DNA from: a bacterium
GTDB lineage: Bacteria > CLD3 > SB21
Direction: 5' to 3'
NCBI GenBank assembly: GCA_013360215.1
Contig: JABWCP010000001.1
Span: 89,144-153,143 of the forward strand
Length of the DNA: 64,000 bases
Within the stretch, counting starts at the first letter, position 1; the number at the start of each line of letters is the position of its first letter. The notes under the pieces were generated by a model. It made no database searches. It was not told where the DNA came from and saw only the letters and a program-made list of their open reading frames with translations. The translations under genes and the position numbers were made by a program. Positions 1 to 8,729 of the stretch are shown piece after piece.

Positions 1-530
1 GTTTTGACGTATTGGTAGGTATCAATCTTCTACGGGAAGGCTTGGATCTTCCGGAAGTTTCCCTGGTTGCCGTACTTGATGCCGACAAGGAAGGTTTTTT
101 GAGAAGTGAACGCTCGCTGATGCAAACAGCCGGACGTGCTGCGCGCAATGCCAACGGAACCGTGATTTTTTATGCCGATAAAATGACCGACTCAATGAAA
201 TTAGTCATTGATGAAACCGGTCGTCGCCGTGCCATGCAAATGGCGCATAACGAAAAACACGGTATAACGCCGACCACGGTTTTCAAATCAAAGGAACAAA
301 TTATCCGATCCACATCGGTTGCCGATTATTTTACGTACAAAGAAGGCCAGGAGGAAGCTCAAGCTTTAGCGGCAGCCGAAGCGACGATAGACTATCAGAC
401 CATGTTGAGCGCCGATGACCGCAAAGCCATGATAAGCAAACTCAAAACGGAAATGCAAGAAGCCGTAAAAAAATTGGAATTTGAACGTGCCGCCAGCCTC
501 CGGGACCAAATCATTCGCCTCGAAAAATAA
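1..530 (+). CDS. uvrB: Excinuclease ABC subunit B (UvrB), C-terminal portion; the 5' end of the gene lies upstream of the window
   Basis: Reading frame is open from base 3. Helicase C-terminal motifs ([49 protein letters not shown]). Terminal UVR domain ([17 protein letters not shown]). Confidence 0.9.
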   Translation, partial: FDVLVGINLLREGLDLPEVSLVAVLDADKEGFLRSERSLMQTAGRAARNANGTVIFYADKMTDSMKLVIDETGRRRAMQMAHNEKHGITPTTVFKSKEQIIRSTSVADYFTYKEGQEEAQALAAAEATIDYQTMLSADDRKAMISKLKTEMQEAVKKLEFERAASLRDQIIRLEK

Positions 531-620
531 AACCAACACATCCGTATATCATAAATCCTCGCATAATTGTTTTTACTGTTTCTCGTTGGCATTTTAGCCG
601 CGTTCAATTATATTGCCACC

Positions 621-1424
621 ATGAAAAAATTGACCTCATGGTTTGCAATACTTTTGATTGCGACCGTTATCAAGTCCTGCGGCGGTTGTAATGAGCGACA
701 GCTTCTAGAAAAAGCAAAACCTTATTATGAAAAAGCCGTAGAACTTGAGCAAAACGGACAGTTTTCGTCAGCCGTGGCCTTTTACGATACGGCGATTCAG
801 ATTTTTCCGGATTACCGCGATGCTTATTTTCAAATGGGCACAGTTTATGAACGCCTCGTATTGCCGGAAAAGGCCGCCGCATCATACCGCACCGCAATCC
901 GCATTGACGCGGACTTTGCAGCCGCACATAACAACCTCGGCAATTGCTACGGAAAGCTCAACAAATTGGACAGCGCTTTGCTGCACTTGAAAAAAGCTAT
1001 CCAGTTGGATACTCAATCCCCTTCGGCTCATTACAATTTAGGTCACGCCGCATTGCTCAAAGGTGATTTCTTCGGGGCAGAAACAGCTTTTACTACAGCC
1101 TTAGCATTACGCCCGTCCGACCCTGATTATTTGCAGGCATTAGCAATGCTGTATGTTACACAAAACAAATTGGCCGAAGCACTGCCTCTTTATGAGCGCG
1201 CTGCCTTGCAACGTCCGGCGCAACCGGAATTGAGATACCGTATGGCGTTGGTATATCGCGATCAGAAAATGTACCCTTCGGCATTAACCGAACTTGAAGC
1301 CTACCTGAAAACGCGAACCGACCCCCAGGAACAAACGATGATAAGACGCCTGATCGGCGAAATAAAAGTCGAACAAAGTCGCGAAAAACTGGCTCAGGCA
1401 AGAAAAGTGTACCAAAAACCATAA
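621..1424 (+). CDS. TPR-repeat lipoprotein
   Basis: ATG at 621 gives MKKLTSWFAILLIATVIKSCGG, a lipoprotein-type signal peptide with Cys. Multiple TPR-like repeats follow (AxxYxxAI, NNLGNCY). Preferred over the ORF-track start at 567. Confidence 0.7.
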   Translation: MKKLTSWFAILLIATVIKSCGGCNERQLLEKAKPYYEKAVELEQNGQFSSAVAFYDTAIQIFPDYRDAYFQMGTVYERLVLPEKAAASYRTAIRIDADFAAAHNNLGNCYGKLNKLDSALLHLKKAIQLDTQSPSAHYNLGHAALLKGDFFGAETAFTTALALRPSDPDYLQALAMLYVTQNKLAEALPLYERAALQRPAQPELRYRMALVYRDQKMYPSALTELEAYLKTRTDPQEQTMIRRLIGEIKVEQSREKLAQARKVYQKP

Positions 1425-1489
1425 AAATTTCATTATTTTCCGTTTACCTTCTTTACCAAATTGTATTTATAACATAAGAAAAACGGCCC

Positions 1490-2074
1490 ATGAATTCTGG
1501 TTCTCCGGTTTACGAAAACGCTACGATAGAAACGGATCAGATACTGATCGAACGTATTCGCCGTGGTGATGAAAAAGCGCTCGTCACGATCTATCATAAT
1601 AATATCATGATGGTTCGCAAATATGTGATGGATAACAGCGGCCATGAAGACGACGCGCAGGATATGCTGCAGGATGCCATCGTTGTTCTTTGGGAAAATG
1701 TAACAAAAGGCCAGTTCGACTTGACTTCCAAGATCAGCACGTACCTTTATTCTGTGGTACGAAATAAATGGCTGCGGGAAATCAATAAACGCAAAATCGG
1801 CAAAACGAGCGATATTGCCGATTACGAAATGGCGGAAGAACAGATCGATGCCCTGCGCAGTGTGGTCCAAAAGGAAGAATTTAAGACTATTCTGCGTTGT
1901 ATCGAAAATATGGGCGCTACGTGCCGTAAACTGTTGATGATGTTTTATCTAGAAGAAAAAGGCATGGAAGAAATAGCTCATGAGTTAAAATTCAGCAATA
2001 CAGATGTCGCCAAGGCCAAAAAATGGCAATGCAAAAAAGAACTCGAAAAAATGGTCGAAAAAGCATTTCAATAA
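1490..2074 (+). CDS. ECF-type sigma-70 family RNA polymerase sigma factor
   Basis: 194 aa. Region 2 and region 4 signatures of the sigma-24 family (DAQDMLQDAIVVLWEN, LYSVVRNKWLRE, C-terminal HTH with EIAHELKFS). Confidence 0.8.
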   Translation: MNSGSPVYENATIETDQILIERIRRGDEKALVTIYHNNIMMVRKYVMDNSGHEDDAQDMLQDAIVVLWENVTKGQFDLTSKISTYLYSVVRNKWLREINKRKIGKTSDIADYEMAEEQIDALRSVVQKEEFKTILRCIENMGATCRKLLMMFYLEEKGMEEIAHELKFSNTDVAKAKKWQCKKELEKMVEKAFQ

Positions 2075-2127
2075 AACAGAAACTAAGCACAAGTAAAAAC
2101 AAATAACACGAAATGATGCGATAGAAT

Positions 2128-3033
2128 ATGGTAAATCCGATCGACCGCCAATGGCTTGATGAAAATGAGATTATAGATAAGTTTGTCTTCGGCAGACTGA
2201 CGGATAACGAATCTATCCGTCTGAGTGAATTACGTAAAAACGAAGATTTTAACGTGATGTTTGATCGCGAATTAATGACCATAGCCGCTTTGCGTGCACA
2301 TGGCCGCATGGCCATGAAACAACGCATTAGAGAATTGCTCCATACATCTTCTCCGCTACATTTATCGCACACCGCAAATCCGGCATCCGGAAAAGTAATG
2401 ACCATGCGTTTTGTGTGGCGTGCCGCAGCGGCCGTAGCTGTGATCGCCGGAGGACTCTGGATTTATAAGATGAATCTTCAACCGGCACCGGAAGTTGCTA
2501 AAAAACAAAATATTCAAAACGAGCAAGCACCGATTGTAAACACGGACAAACAGGCTCCTGCTCAAACGTCTACCGAGCCGGGTACTCCATCCAATGATGT
2601 AGCCGCAAAACGTACCAATAAACCCAACGAACGCAAGAGTATGATCGCCGGTCAGTTACCTCCGAGTAAAACTGATCGTACACGTCCGGCCGCTCTGGCT
2701 GCTGTTCCGCATGAAGTGTACGTGCCGATTTCAGTTTTGAATGCGACGGAATCCATAGAAACCCGTATTTTATTTAAAAATCCGTTCGACCTGGTTGCGG
2801 CGGATATACGCGAAACGCAGGATGAAAAGGACGGGCAGCTCAATTGGTTTTATGTGTACTACGAAAATCGTATCGTTAGCGCATATTTGGACAATTCTAA
2901 ATATGTAGCAAGATTTATCGGGACCCATCTGAAGGAAGAACCCGGGGTCTTGATAATAAATACGCCTCAATCCAAATATCGCGTTGATCTTACGACTAAA
3001 GAAAAATTCAAAAAAGCCGTACGCATTCCTTAA
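2128..3033 (+). CDS. Single-pass membrane protein, possible anti-sigma factor partner of the upstream ECF sigma
   Basis: Immediately downstream of the ECF sigma. One predicted TM helix (FVWRAAAAVAVIAGGLWIY) splits a cytoplasmic N-domain from a C-terminal domain. No recognisable ZAS motif, so function is inferred from context only. Confidence 0.4.
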   Translation: MVNPIDRQWLDENEIIDKFVFGRLTDNESIRLSELRKNEDFNVMFDRELMTIAALRAHGRMAMKQRIRELLHTSSPLHLSHTANPASGKVMTMRFVWRAAAAVAVIAGGLWIYKMNLQPAPEVAKKQNIQNEQAPIVNTDKQAPAQTSTEPGTPSNDVAAKRTNKPNERKSMIAGQLPPSKTDRTRPAALAAVPHEVYVPISVLNATESIETRILFKNPFDLVAADIRETQDEKDGQLNWFYVYYENRIVSAYLDNSKYVARFIGTHLKEEPGVLIINTPQSKYRVDLTTKEKFKKAVRIP

Positions 3034-3035
3034 CC

Positions 3036-3641
3036 ATGTGTGATTTTACGGGCATTATTCTGGCCGGCGGTCTATCCCAACGTATGGGTCAGGATAAATT
3101 TAGTCTCTATTTCTACGGAGTCCCACTTCTTAAGAATTTAGCTGATGAATTGGCTAAAACCGCACGCGAAATCCATATCGTAACTAAATCCCCTGACTCC
3201 TTAGCAGCGCTTAATATACATCACTCGATCATCACGGATGTGCATCCGTCGCGATCAGCGATGGCAGGAATCTATACCGGACTTCAATCCGCATTATATG
3301 ACCACGTATTTGTTTTAGCTTGTGATTTACCCCTTTTTGATCATCGCGTAACCACTCTGATGCAATCCAGATTGCTTCAGTTTGATACGATCGTCCCCCA
3401 AACACCCGGCGGCCTTGAAACGCTATGTGCATTTTACCACAAAAAACACCTTCCTATAATTGATTCGATGATCCGAGGCGAAAATTACCGCTTAACGGAT
3501 TTCCTGAATCAAACCAAAAATCTCGTTCTGCCTGCCTCACATTTTGAATCTGCAATTTACCCTGACGTTTTTTTTAACATGAATAGTCCTGAAGATTATT
3601 CGACAGCGTTAAAACTATTTAAAGATCGAAAAAACATCTAA
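3036..3641 (+). CDS. MobA-like NTP transferase (molybdenum cofactor guanylyltransferase family)
   Basis: N-terminal GIILAGGLSQRMGQDK nucleotidyltransferase signature; about 200 aa, typical of MobA/CofC-like enzymes. Confidence 0.6.
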   Translation: MCDFTGIILAGGLSQRMGQDKFSLYFYGVPLLKNLADELAKTAREIHIVTKSPDSLAALNIHHSIITDVHPSRSAMAGIYTGLQSALYDHVFVLACDLPLFDHRVTTLMQSRLLQFDTIVPQTPGGLETLCAFYHKKHLPIIDSMIRGENYRLTDFLNQTKNLVLPASHFESAIYPDVFFNMNSPEDYSTALKLFKDRKNI

Positions 3642-3780
3642 AAAGGGAATATAAAGGATATATAATTGCAACTTTTTTGGTGTTAAACGGTCTTTTTAAG
3701 AAAATATAAAAATCCTGCAACTTTTTGGGATTAAGCATCGTAAAAAACAAAGCTAACCATATAAGAGATAAGGGGCGACC

Positions 3781-5847
3781 ATGAAACTTTTCACGAAAAC
3801 TTTAACAGCAGTTTGTTTATTGATGCTTAGCTGGACATTTCCAGGTATGGCACAAAATGAAATGATTGACGAAGACGGTGTTGTTGCAGATGTGCGTGAG
3901 AAATATTTGGCCGATTCCAAATCGGTCCTTATATACAACGGTAATCGTGAAATTCCCGAAGGACGCACGATCAAAAGCGACATTTTACTGCTCAACGGCG
4001 ACCTTATTATTGCCGGTACTGTGGAAGGTAAAATTGTCGTTTCCAATGGAAATATCATCATGCGCGAAACCGGTTCGGTCACTCGTGATGCTGTCAGTAT
4101 CAACGGCCGCGTCGAAACGGTTAATTCCGATCAGATTGCAGGCAACATTCTGCAGGTAAAGTCCTCTCAGCGCTCAACGAATAAACAAGATATCGCCGCA
4201 AAGCAAGAATCTAATTTTTCAGCCGATGAATTTACAGCAGATGAAACATCAAGCGAAGCAACAGCTTACACTCCATCCGTCAAGTCGAATAGTTATCAAG
4301 AAAATGATCCCGAGGAATTAAACGATGATGAAACCTCCGTAACACCACCTACTGTCCAGCGTAAGGACGGTGCGCGGGTATATGACTATAAAAACAAACG
4401 TAAGAATAAAAGTATTACCCCGTATGTCGAAGTGCCACCTGTGGTAGAAGCTCCTAACGCGGACAACATGACCGAAGCGGATTGGAAGCGGTTCAATCGC
4501 GAGATGGAAAAGTTTAATCGTAAAATGGAAAAATTTAACCGCAAAATGGCACGGATGAATGAAACCGTCGAAAAAGATCTGCCGGAATACGAATATAACT
4601 ATACTCCCCAGACGGATGAAGACGACAATGAAGACGAAGATCGTTCGCACAGCGCTTCGTTTGTACGGGTGGATAATGTGCCTCGCCGTAATGAAGATCG
4701 TACAAGTCCGCGCTATTATTCACGCAATAATTATTGGGACAATCATCAGGAAAAACTTCGTAATACATCCTTCGTTCTTTTTGACTACAATCGTGTAGAC
4801 GGTCTTTATATCGGCGGCAAAATAGATCGTGACCATCAGATATATGATAACAAACCGTTTCAAATATATGGTGAAGCCGGTTATGCTTTCGGACCTAAAG
4901 ATTTCCATTACCGCCTTGGCCTGGATAAAATCTGGGGTGCGGAATACCGATTTACTTTAGGCGGCGAAGTACACGATCTTACGACGACAAATGATAATTG
5001 GATCGTCGGTCAGATGGAAAACGCCATGAATTCCATGCTGCTAAAAATAGACAATCGAGATTATTTTCGTACACGCGGTTTTAGTTTCCAAGCTCAGCAA
5101 AATCTGAACAGTCAATTCAAAATAAGCGTTGCATACAAAGTTGATGACTACTCGTCCGCATCCAATAATGTTAATTGGGCGCTTTTTCGGAGTAAAAAAA
5201 TTGACTTCCGAACAAACCCTATGATTGATGAAGGTCGCATGAACAGCGTTGTTGTACGTGCTGAACTCAATACGCGCGGATGGGTCTATAATAATCGCAA
5301 GTACAGCAAACGTGTAGGATGGGATATTTACGGCGAAGCCGAGCGTAGCCGCGATGAGTGGAATTCCAATTTTGATTTTTCTCGCTACGTTCTGAGCATC
5401 GCACGCTACCAACCGCTGAGCCGTTACGAAAATCTGGATATGCGCCTGATGTTGGGATCGGTGACCGGCACTGTCCCCGCTCAGAAAATGTTTCACCTCG
5501 GCGGCATCTCCACCTTACGCGGTCATGATTATAAAGCGATGTCGGGAAATCAAATGGCATTGGCTAATGTCGAATACCGCATCAGTTCCGGTGCTCTGAA
5601 AAATGATCGCATTTTCCCCATTCACCCGTTTAGTGCCATTTTATTTGCCGACGCCGGTTATGCATGGAATAATACGATTTATTCCATTCGCGAATTGGCT
5701 CGCGGAACCAATCTGCGCGATATACAAACCGACCTCGGCGTAGGTATTGGCGATGAAAATGACCTGTTCCGATTTGATATTGCCAAATCAGTAAGCGAAA
5801 AAGGCAGTCCTTACAAATTTGCATTCCGCGTGAATTACATTTTCTGA
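3781..5847 (+). CDS. Omp85/BamA-superfamily outer-membrane beta-barrel protein with an N-terminal bactofilin-like beta-helix region and heptad repeats (no POTRA detected)
   Basis: Signal peptide (MKLFTKTLTAVCLLMLSWTFPGMAQ). N-terminal GxIxVxNG repeats (DLIIAGTVEGKIVVSNGNIIMRETGSV) typical of polymer-forming cytoskeletal/bactofilin folds. Acidic linker and K/R-rich NR(E/K)MEKF repeats. C-terminal barrel carries the Omp85 signature FHLGGISTLRGHDY and a terminal aromatic (RVNYIF). Confidence 0.6.
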   Translation: MKLFTKTLTAVCLLMLSWTFPGMAQNEMIDEDGVVADVREKYLADSKSVLIYNGNREIPEGRTIKSDILLLNGDLIIAGTVEGKIVVSNGNIIMRETGSVTRDAVSINGRVETVNSDQIAGNILQVKSSQRSTNKQDIAAKQESNFSADEFTADETSSEATAYTPSVKSNSYQENDPEELNDDETSVTPPTVQRKDGARVYDYKNKRKNKSITPYVEVPPVVEAPNADNMTEADWKRFNREMEKFNRKMEKFNRKMARMNETVEKDLPEYEYNYTPQTDEDDNEDEDRSHSASFVRVDNVPRRNEDRTSPRYYSRNNYWDNHQEKLRNTSFVLFDYNRVDGLYIGGKIDRDHQIYDNKPFQIYGEAGYAFGPKDFHYRLGLDKIWGAEYRFTLGGEVHDLTTTNDNWIVGQMENAMNSMLLKIDNRDYFRTRGFSFQAQQNLNSQFKISVAYKVDDYSSASNNVNWALFRSKKIDFRTNPMIDEGRMNSVVVRAELNTRGWVYNNRKYSKRVGWDIYGEAERSRDEWNSNFDFSRYVLSIARYQPLSRYENLDMRLMLGSVTGTVPAQKMFHLGGISTLRGHDYKAMSGNQMALANVEYRISSGALKNDRIFPIHPFSAILFADAGYAWNNTIYSIRELARGTNLRDIQTDLGVGIGDENDLFRFDIAKSVSEKGSPYKFAFRVNYIF
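4495..4557 (+). repeat. Three consecutive imperfect 21-nt in-frame tandem repeats, encoding NREMEKF / NRKMEKF / NRKMARM
   Basis: Units aatcgcgagatggaaaagttt / aatcgtaaaatggaaaaattt / aaccgcaaaatggcacggatg read directly from the sequence, inside the Omp85-like CDS. Confidence 0.8.
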
Positions 5848-5870
5848 TTTGATACAAACTTATCGTACAA

Positions 5871-5900
5871 CCCCGCTTCGTCATCCGATGCGGGGTTTTT
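5871..5900 (+). terminator. Rho-independent terminator after the Omp85-like gene
   Basis: CCCCGC..GCGGGG stem followed by TTTTTATTTT. Confidence 0.75.
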
Positions 5901-5985
5901 ATTTTACATGCATTATCAGGCTTGAATGAAAATATCCTTTAAGGTATATTGTTCAGATTTTTATGAACTTACTATTATTTTTATG

Positions 5986-7149
5986 GCATTTCGTTTAGCT
6001 AATCGTTTTGAAGAATTGCCCGTACATGCTTTTGCCGAGGTGGATCGCCTCAAACGCGAAGCCATTGCCCAAGGAAAAGACGTTATAGATTTGGGTGTAG
6101 GTGACCCCGATGTTCCCACCCCACAACCTATCATAGATGCTTGCACCAAGGCGCTACAAAAACCGGCCAACCACCGATACCCCTACCAAGCCGGTTCAAT
6201 GCGTTTTAGGGAAAGTGTTTCGGCTTTTATGAAAAGACGATACGATGTAACGGTAGATCCTCAACGCAATATCGTTCCTTTGATCGGTTCCAAAGAAGGT
6301 ATAGCCCATTTTCCGATCGCTTTTGTAAATCCGGGTGAAACCGTCATTGCACCGGATCCTGGTTATCCGGCCTATGTGACGGGAACTAAATTAGCCGGCG
6401 GCGTGCTCCATTCGATACCGTTATTAGCAAAAAATCGTTTTCTGATGCCGCTCAATGAAATCCCTGCCGATGTCGTAAAACGTGCACGATTGATGTTTTT
6501 CAATTATCCCAACAACCCGACTACCGGTTGGGCGGATCGAAGTGATTTCGAATCCATCGCTCAGTTCTGTAAAACTAACGACATTATTGCTGCTCATGAC
6601 GCGGCATATCAGGAACTTTTCTTCGAAGAAGCACCACCCAGTCTGATGCAAACAACATGCGGTCTTGACGGCGGCATCGAATTCCATTCGCTGTCTAAAA
6701 CTTTTAACATGACCGGATGGCGCGTCGGATTTGCCGTTGGCGAACCTTCCTTGATCGCCGGACTGTCCAGACTCAAAGCCAACATAGATACCGGTTTATT
6801 CTTAGCGTTACAAGAGGCGGCCGCGTTTGCATTGGATCATTGCGAAGAATTTACGAAACCTATGATCGAATTATATAGACGCCGTAAAGATACGGTAGTG
6901 CAAGGGCTCAATGCGGCCGGATTCAAAAGTCATCATGGCAAAGCAACCATTTACGTATGGACAGAAGTGCCCGGCGGTTCAGATTCAATGACCTTTACTA
7001 AACAATTATTGGATAAAACAGGAGTCGTTGTAACACCCGGTTCGGCGCTCGGTCAGTCCAGCGGATCGTACTTTCGCATTGCGCTGACACAGTCCGAAGA
7101 ACGTCTCTCGGAAGCCGTGCGGCGTATGGCGGCTTTTGCTAAAGCGTAA
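5986..7149 (+). CDS. Class I pyridoxal-phosphate-dependent aminotransferase (LL-diaminopimelate/aspartate aminotransferase-like)
   Basis: Start chosen at MAFRLANRFEELPVHAF. Fold-type I aminotransferase motifs (DLGVGDPD, GSKEGIAH, NYPNNPTG, SLSKTFNMTGWRVG with the PLP-binding Lys). Confidence 0.7.
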   Translation, partial: AFRLANRFEELPVHAFAEVDRLKREAIAQGKDVIDLGVGDPDVPTPQPIIDACTKALQKPANHRYPYQAGSMRFRESVSAFMKRRYDVTVDPQRNIVPLIGSKEGIAHFPIAFVNPGETVIAPDPGYPAYVTGTKLAGGVLHSIPLLAKNRFLMPLNEIPADVVKRARLMFFNYPNNPTTGWADRSDFESIAQFCKTNDIIAAHDAAYQELFFEEAPPSLMQTTCGLDGGIEFHSLSKTFNMTGWRVGFAVGEPSLIAGLSRLKANIDTGLFLALQEAAAFALDHCEEFTKPMIELYRRRKDTVVQGLNAAGFKSHHGKATIYVWTEVPGGSDSMTFTKQLLDKTGVVVTPGSALGQSSGSYFRIALTQSEERLSEAVRRMAAFAKA

Positions 7150-7150
7150 C

Positions 7151-7525
7151 ATGAAAAATAACGATAAAATCCGACTCGTCAATCTGATCATTTATGCTCA
7201 TCATGGTGCACATGAAGAGGAGCGGCGCTTAGGTCAGCGCTTTGAAATCGATGTTGAACTTGGACTTGATTTCCAACCGGCGGCGCTCGCCGATGATTTG
7301 CATCTGAGCGTGGACTACGGCACCGTGTATCAGCGCATTCACACTGTCGTCACGGAAAAGAAATATTACCTGATTGAGGCGGTCGCTGAAAATATCGCGC
7401 AGCGACTACTTAATGATTTCCCGATACAGGTCGTCACAGTCTGTGTCCGTAAACCGAGTGTTCCCATTCACGGTTCCTTGGATCATGTGGAAGTTGAAAT
7501 CACCCGTGAAAGAAAAACCACATGA
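7151..7525 (+). CDS. folB: Dihydroneopterin aldolase
   Basis: IRLVNLIIYAHHGAHEEERRLGQRFEIDVEL is the FolB signature. Size is about 120 aa. Confidence 0.8.
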   Translation: MKNNDKIRLVNLIIYAHHGAHEEERRLGQRFEIDVELGLDFQPAALADDLHLSVDYGTVYQRIHTVVTEKKYYLIEAVAENIAQRLLNDFPIQVVTVCVRKPSVPIHGSLDHVEVEITRERKTT

Positions 7526-8064
7526 AAAGTAAAGTACTGCTCAGCTTAGGCTCCAACATAGGTGATCGGATGCAGCATCTTCGCGAAGCTGTTGATCTAA
7601 TGAGCCGATTTGCCGGCATTACACAGATCGCATCCATTTATGAAACCGAGCCGGTTAGCCCGATCATGCAGGATAATTATTACAATACGGCTATGATCAT
7701 TGATACGGACTTAGATGCTCAGAGCCTCATGAAAAAACTATTAGACGTAGAAAAATCATTAGGTCGTGAAAGAACGATTCCCGGGAACGCACGCACGATT
7801 GATTTGGATATTATATTGTTTGGTGATCTCATTATGAATACGTCGGATACGGTCATCCCCCATCCGCGTTTTGCAGAGCGAAATTTTGTTCTCGTACCGT
7901 CGGCCGAAATTGCCGGGAATTGGCTTTGCCCGGTTCGGCACCTCACGATACAGGAAATTCTAAATCTATCCCGTGATACGCATCACGTACAATGCGCCGT
8001 TTCGCGGGACAATCCCGACGCCATCTTTCACTTATTACCGATGGGAGACGCGATTGGCCACTGA
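7522..8064 (+). CDS. folK: 2-amino-4-hydroxy-6-hydroxymethyldihydropteridine pyrophosphokinase (HPPK)
   Basis: LSLGSNIGDR, IDLDIILFGD and PHPRFAERNFVLVP motifs. Overlaps the folB stop (ATGA coupling). Confidence 0.85.
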   Translation: MKSKVLLSLGSNIGDRMQHLREAVDLMSRFAGITQIASIYETEPVSPIMQDNYYNTAMIIDTDLDAQSLMKKLLDVEKSLGRERTIPGNARTIDLDIILFGDLIMNTSDTVIPHPRFAERNFVLVPSAEIAGNWLCPVRHLTIQEILNLSRDTHHVQCAVSRDNPDAIFHLLPMGDAIGH

Positions 8065-8710
8065 CGAAAAAATACGATTTATCGCCATAGAAGGCGTCCT
8101 TAAGCCGGAAAACACCGCGCTCGCACGCAATCTTTCCCAGATGGCCAATGCCCGACCCATTTTGGAAGCCGAATTTCTTTCTCCATTGGTTAACATTCAC
8201 AGCACCGATCCCAAAGATATGGCCTTCAAAAAGCATATGCTGCACCTTATGGATCGGTATAAAATGCTCAAACAGATTCATCAGACTGAGATTTTTTTTG
8301 AACAGGTCATTTGCGATTATCTTTTTTATGCCGATCGCGTATATGCGAACCTGAAACTTGATAACGAAGATATGCATCTGTACGATACGATGATGAATGT
8401 GATGGAACGCGAATTACCCATACCGGATCTGGTCATCTATCTTCAGAGTAATATTGACACCGTGATGGAAAAAATTCACACCCGGCATGCACTCGGTAAT
8501 GCAAGCAAAGAACGGCAACGCATGGACGAAGCCTACATCGCAGCGCTCAACGAAGAGTTCAATCAATTTTTTCTTTATTACCGTTGGTCACCGGTGCTTA
8601 TTGTTAACGCCAATCAATTAGACCCGGAAAATACCCATCACCTCGAAGATCTTTACCAACGTTTAGATACGCGCTTATCCGGCGTAGTTTACTATAATCC
8701 GCCGGCCTGA
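8054..8710 (+). CDS. Deoxynucleoside-kinase-fold protein with a degenerate P-loop
   Basis: Matches the dNK/dCK/dGK family outside the P-loop (RFIAIEG..., FYADRVYANL, lid-like KERQRMDEAY). The canonical GxGK(S/T) is replaced by GVLKPENT. Start is uncertain (TTG near 8054; the ORF track's 7973 start lies inside folK). Confidence 0.5.
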   Translation: MATDEKIRFIAIEGVLKPENTALARNLSQMANARPILEAEFLSPLVNIHSTDPKDMAFKKHMLHLMDRYKMLKQIHQTEIFFEQVICDYLFYADRVYANLKLDNEDMHLYDTMMNVMERELPIPDLVIYLQSNIDTVMEKIHTRHALGNASKERQRMDEAYIAALNEEFNQFFLYYRWSPVLIVNANQLDPENTHHLEDLYQRLDTRLSGVVYYNPPA

Positions 8711-8729
8711 ATCCCCGAAAGGACGGATC

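Noticed and set aside
567-620. Upstream extension of the TPR lipoprotein ORF (start at 567)
   Set aside because: The ATG at 621 yields a clean lipoprotein signal peptide (MKKLTSW...SCGG); the 567 start would prepend a second hydrophobic stretch. 621 preferred but not proven.
3036-3641. Naming the NTP-transferase gene mobA
   Set aside because: MobA-like fold is clear but no molybdopterin genes are nearby and it follows a sigma/anti-sigma pair. Could be a CofC/MocA-type enzyme, so gene symbol withheld.
4495-4557. Checked whether the 21-nt tandem repeats could be a CRISPR-like or intergenic repeat array
   Set aside because: They are in frame within a CDS, only three units, with no spacers. No CRISPR array or cas gene is present anywhere in the window.
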